64,000 nucleotides of DNA from positions 1 to 64,000 of the forward strand of contig JAOPTW010000006.1 of NCBI GenBank assembly GCA_051532035.1. The letters are read 5' to 3'. Made by a program: the position numbers and the translations under genes. This DNA comes from Fibrobacterales bacterium (GTDB taxonomy: Bacteria; Fibrobacterota; Fibrobacteria; Fibrobacterales; JAOPTW01). Below the pieces are notes generated by a model. The model searched no databases. It worked only from the letters and a program-made list of their open reading frames with translations, and was not told the origin of the DNA. Each line of letters begins with the position of its first letter. The first letter of the stretch is position 1. Below are positions 60,405 through 64,000 of this stretch, in pieces.

Positions 60405-61394
60405 ATGTTGTTTAAACGGGCATTTTTCAAGTCCAAGCATAAATCTCCCCCTGAAATGCTCTATGAGAGTGCTCCAGACTGGTCTGACCTTGGTTTTGAT
60501 GAGACATTTTATCAGGAACGGCCCAGGCGTTTCCTCAATAAAGATGGAAGTTTTAATGTTTTGAAAAAGGGCCGCTCATTTCTCCAGACTCTTCATCTCT
60601 ACCATTCACTCCTGATTATGAGCTGGACACACTTCTACATCACCATTTTTTCAGTATTTGTAGCTATTAATTTTATTTTTGCCCTCCTCTTTTTTATGTG
60701 TGGTACACATGCAATTCATGGAGTCGACTATTCTGGCTCAGCTACAACCCTCCGAGACTGTTTCTTTTTTAGTGTACAGAGTTTTACCACGGTTGGCTAT
60801 GGACAACTCTTCCCCGAGTCCCTCAATGCGAATATGCTTGCCACCCTCTCTTCATTAGTTGGCTTACTCAGTTTTGCTCTTGCAACAGGGATATTCTATG
60901 CCCGATTCTCTCGCCCCGTTACTATGGTTCAATTTAGTACTCACGCTTTGATCTCACCGTATAAAGGTCAGAATGCCTTTATCTTTCGCCTCGCAAATGG
61001 AAGAGCGGAGAGTGAGCTCCTCAATGTACGCATTAAAGTGGTCATGACATGGCTTGAAGATGCGGGCGAGCATACCACTCGACGATTTAAAACATTAAAG
61101 TTAGTACGAAATCAAGTAGCCTTTATGCCAGCGGTTTGGACAATTATACATCCCGTTAACCAAGAGAGCCCACTGGCAGGAAAAAGTAAAGAACAACTTG
61201 AAGCTGCAGATGTGGAGTTTCTCATTACCCTTAATGCTTTTGATGAAACCTTTTCTCAAACAGTCTATAAACGTTCATCCTACAAATGGTATGAGATAAT
61301 GTGGAATAGTAATTTCACTGATATGATATCAAGTACCCCAAATGGCCTTGTAGAAGTTGACCTCAGTAAGATTGACCAATGGGAAGTCATATGA
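60405..61394 (+). CDS. Inward-rectifier potassium channel (KirBac-type)
   Basis: LYHSLLIMSW slide helix, FFFSVQSFTTVGYG filter, ARFSRP and IHPVNQESPL motifs. Confidence 0.94.
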   Translation: MLFKRAFFKSKHKSPPEMLYESAPDWSDLGFDETFYQERPRRFLNKDGSFNVLKKGRSFLQTLHLYHSLLIMSWTHFYITIFSVFVAINFIFALLFFMCGTHAIHGVDYSGSATTLRDCFFFSVQSFTTVGYGQLFPESLNANMLATLSSLVGLLSFALATGIFYARFSRPVTMVQFSTHALISPYKGQNAFIFRLANGRAESELLNVRIKVVMTWLEDAGEHTTRRFKTLKLVRNQVAFMPAVWTIIHPVNQESPLAGKSKEQLEAADVEFLITLNAFDETFSQTVYKRSSYKWYEIMWNSNFTDMISSTPNGLVEVDLSKIDQWEVI

Positions 61395-61996
61395 TTAAGG
61401 CTGTCATTTACGACTGGGGTGGTGTTATCTGTGTCAATCCTGCACCACAGTTTCTCACTGCTTGCAGTACTGCACTCGGTGTAGAAGAAGCACGCTTACA
61501 ACCACTTCTTACACACTATATTGACCCTTTTCAAAAAGGTGAAATCACCGAAGAAGCCCTTTGGAAAAGCATCTGTTCTGAACTCCATATTAAAAACTAC
61601 GATTGGACGCAACCTCTCTGGCGGCCAGCTTTTGAAAGCTTTTATACCCCACAACAACAGGTTATTGACTCTGCCAAAACATTAAAATCTCTCGGATACA
61701 AAATAGGCTTTCTCAGTAATACTGAAGTTCCCGCCATGGAACTCCATCTCTCACTCGGTTATGATTTTTTTGACGCTCGAGTATTTTCATGTGTTGAAGG
61801 GATCATAAAACCCCTAGGCGACATTTACTCTCTGATTGCAGAGCGACTAGGACTCTCTTCTGAAGAGTGTATTATGATTGATGACAAATCAGAAAACATT
61901 GTAGGTGCCCAAGCTGCTGGTATGAGCGGTATACTGTTTTCCAGTGAGTCACAGTATCTTAGCGAGATTGCGTCACTGCTTAATCTCACTCTATAA
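61391..61996 (+). CDS. HAD-family phosphatase (YihX-like)
   Basis: YDWGGV, LSN, KP and IDDKSEN motifs; ATGA overlap with the channel stop. Confidence 0.88.
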   Translation: MIKAVIYDWGGVICVNPAPQFLTACSTALGVEEARLQPLLTHYIDPFQKGEITEEALWKSICSELHIKNYDWTQPLWRPAFESFYTPQQQVIDSAKTLKSLGYKIGFLSNTEVPAMELHLSLGYDFFDARVFSCVEGIIKPLGDIYSLIAERLGLSSEECIMIDDKSENIVGAQAAGMSGILFSSESQYLSEIASLLNLTL

Positions 61997-62032
61997 TTAC
62001 TGTAACACCTTATTGATACTTGTAAAGAACGA

Positions 62033-63838
62033 TTAGAAGTTGGTACACTTCTGTGCTTGATAGAATTTACCACCTTTAATTTTTAAGATAGTTCTTCCAT
62101 CATTGTACCCTTTTTCGGAGTTAAACTTCATATTGCCATAGACCCCTTTAACGGTCTTTGCACTGCGTAGTTTATTGACTACATTTTCGCCACCTTTTTG
62201 AATACCCCACAGTATAAACCGAGTTGCATTATAGGTCAGGCCAGATACTCTATCTTTATCGGGATTAACACCCCATCTTTTTAAATACATATTTTTGAAT
62301 TTTTCCCATTCTCTATTTTTACCGTGATCAACTAATGAGGTAGAGAAGTGGGTATTTTCCACATACTGTTTACCCTTCTTTAGAGTAGTCTTACTATACC
62401 ATCCAGATGATCCCAAAAGGTCAGCATCTACCTTATTAAAATAAGCTTGACTCGCAAGAACCGCCGCATCTTCTGGATCACTTGCCGCAATAAAGAGGGC
62501 ATCAAATGATATGGTAGAGTCGAGTAACCATTTTTTGTTTTCATCTTCATCAAATTCACTCGTATCCCGTGCACCAGAGATGAAATCTCTTTTTCTATCG
62601 AGATTAAACTTTTTAAGGCGAAGTACATCATAATGTGAGCGATAGTCTGCAAGACCCTCTTCATAATACTCTTCAAAAAGTACCGTACCACCAAACTTCT
62701 CAACAACCTTTTTAAAATTTTCTGCCATAATAGAACCATAGTCAGTATCAGGAACAAGGAGCGCATACTCTTTGTGCTTTTGACAATTAACGCTAAAGCG
62801 AGCAATAGATTGCGCAAGATAACTAGGCGAAGTGTTTATTTGAAATACATTTTTACCGAGGCCCGCAATACCAGCATCAGTGGCTGTTGGAGTAATCATT
62901 GGAACATGCGGGTACTTTTGACTCAACCACGCCCCCAGTGCTGCTGCGGTTGGGCTCATAACCGGCCCAATAATCCCTGCAATATTATCTTCGAGCATCA
63001 CCTGTGAAACTTTTCCAATTGCCTCTGCCGGATGCGCTTTCGTATCTAATACGCGATAGGACAATTCATCATCTGGATATCGTTCGTTGTGTTTCTCAAT
63101 TGCCAGAATAGCACCTTGCACAACAAACTGCCCCAATGCAGCATAATCACCACTGAGTGGAGTAACAATAATGATAGACTCTATGCCAGCACCCTTAGAG
63201 AGAAGCACATTACGTTTTTCTCTCGCTTTTGCAACCAGACTATGCCCTGGAAACTGTTGGATAATACGTTGTAGATAATTACGAGCCAATGTATACTTCT
63301 TTTTACTCTCATATATTTGAGCAAGTTGGAATACCATTGTCCCCACAATCTCATTATCAACAGGATTACTATTAACCAGTTTAAGAAGTTCCTCTTCGTG
63401 GAGTACCTGTGTCTTTAAAAGTTGCTCCATAAGAGTGCGTGCTTCTTTATAGAGGTACTGCCCCTCTTCCAAAAACAATATGCGCATTGCTTTCGATGCC
63501 CCTTGATAAAAGAGTCCATCTTGAATATCAATTTTTGATTGCAGAAGACTCATTCGATGAGTATATCGACTATCAGGGTAATAGGTAATAAAATTATCAA
63601 TAGCCTCTTTTGCCAACGCAATACTATCGATTCTTACATAGACTTCAGAAAGAAGTACCAGTGCCTCTTCACCCTCTTTCGTATCCCAGTTGCTTTTTAA
63701 CGCGCGCTTAAGTGGAGTAATAGCCTCTTCAAAAGCACCTTGCTGAATGTGTTGTTTCCCTTCAATTAACCGTTGTTCATTTTTGGCATAGGTAGTCGAA
63801 AGGGTAATACATACCATTAAAAGAAGTAACTGTTTCAT
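62033..63838 (-). CDS. TPR + type I periplasmic binding fold protein (LpoA-like)
   Basis: Signal peptide, TPRs, PLSGDYAALG, IIGPVMS, TPTAT and KGVYGNMKF motifs. Confidence 0.8.
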   Translation of the reverse strand: MKQLLLLMVCITLSTTYAKNEQRLIEGKQHIQQGAFEEAITPLKRALKSNWDTKEGEEALVLLSEVYVRIDSIALAKEAIDNFITYYPDSRYTHRMSLLQSKIDIQDGLFYQGASKAMRILFLEEGQYLYKEARTLMEQLLKTQVLHEEELLKLVNSNPVDNEIVGTMVFQLAQIYESKKKYTLARNYLQRIIQQFPGHSLVAKAREKRNVLLSKGAGIESIIIVTPLSGDYAALGQFVVQGAILAIEKHNERYPDDELSYRVLDTKAHPAEAIGKVSQVMLEDNIAGIIGPVMSPTAAALGAWLSQKYPHVPMITPTATDAGIAGLGKNVFQINTSPSYLAQSIARFSVNCQKHKEYALLVPDTDYGSIMAENFKKVVEKFGGTVLFEEYYEEGLADYRSHYDVLRLKKFNLDRKRDFISGARDTSEFDEDENKKWLLDSTISFDALFIAASDPEDAAVLASQAYFNKVDADLLGSSGWYSKTTLKKGKQYVENTHFSTSLVDHGKNREWEKFKNMYLKRWGVNPDKDRVSGLTYNATRFILWGIQKGGENVVNKLRSAKTVKGVYGNMKFNSEKGYNDGRTILKIKGGKFYQAQKCTNF

Positions 63839-64000
63839 CTGATATCCTGCTTAGTGTGCTTTCTTAGGAGTTGCGGTATATTTCTCAATACCTCAAATAA
63901 ATATACCTAAATATGAAAAATTTGTAATTTCCGGACTAATCTAGTGTGGGAATAGAGCAATTCTTTACGATACTACTCCCCCTTGACCTTTGACCACAGA

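Noticed and set aside
1..64000. CRISPR arrays, IS elements, prophage, defence systems, rRNA
   Set aside because: No regularly spaced repeats, transposase, integrase, phage or defence motifs, or rRNA-like sequence recognised; nearly all the window is accounted for by genes.

Overview
Core chromosomal region (~40% GC) of a flagellated Gram-negative bacterium. Fibrobacterota/FCB-group affiliation is an inference from recurring TAnnTTTG promoter boxes, a eukaryote-type HisA and a DUF3857-type gene pair. Left to right: (1) a minus-strand flagellar cluster flgB-flgC-orf-fliE, then two transglutaminase-like lipoproteins, then fliF-fliG-fliH-fliI (partial); (2) rho with an Asn-rich N-terminal extension, and proC; (3) housekeeping genes (gluQ, hemerythrin, mqnC-like radical SAM, argS, rsfS, panD, tRNA-Leu, lapA/lapB-like, miaB, an M16 protease pair, XPB helicase, PP2C phosphatase, uvrB, trkA, DUF4954-like, M48 protease, hisA, GT4); (4) a TetR-regulated RND efflux operon; (5) a type II secretion/type IV filament operon; (6) a KirBac-type K+ channel, a HAD hydrolase and an LpoA-like protein. 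No CRISPR array, transposase, integrase or prophage was seen. The most interesting signals are non-coding. Four sigma28-like promoters are readable; one drives a candidate CsrA-sponge sRNA (~37097-37200) and one drives a GGA-hairpin leader in front of an unknown small protein. Twin non-canonical sigma54 promoters with candidate enhancer sites precede flgB and fliF. Also notable is an active/dead transglutaminase pair splitting fliE from fliF. All family calls come from motif recognition, not database searches.
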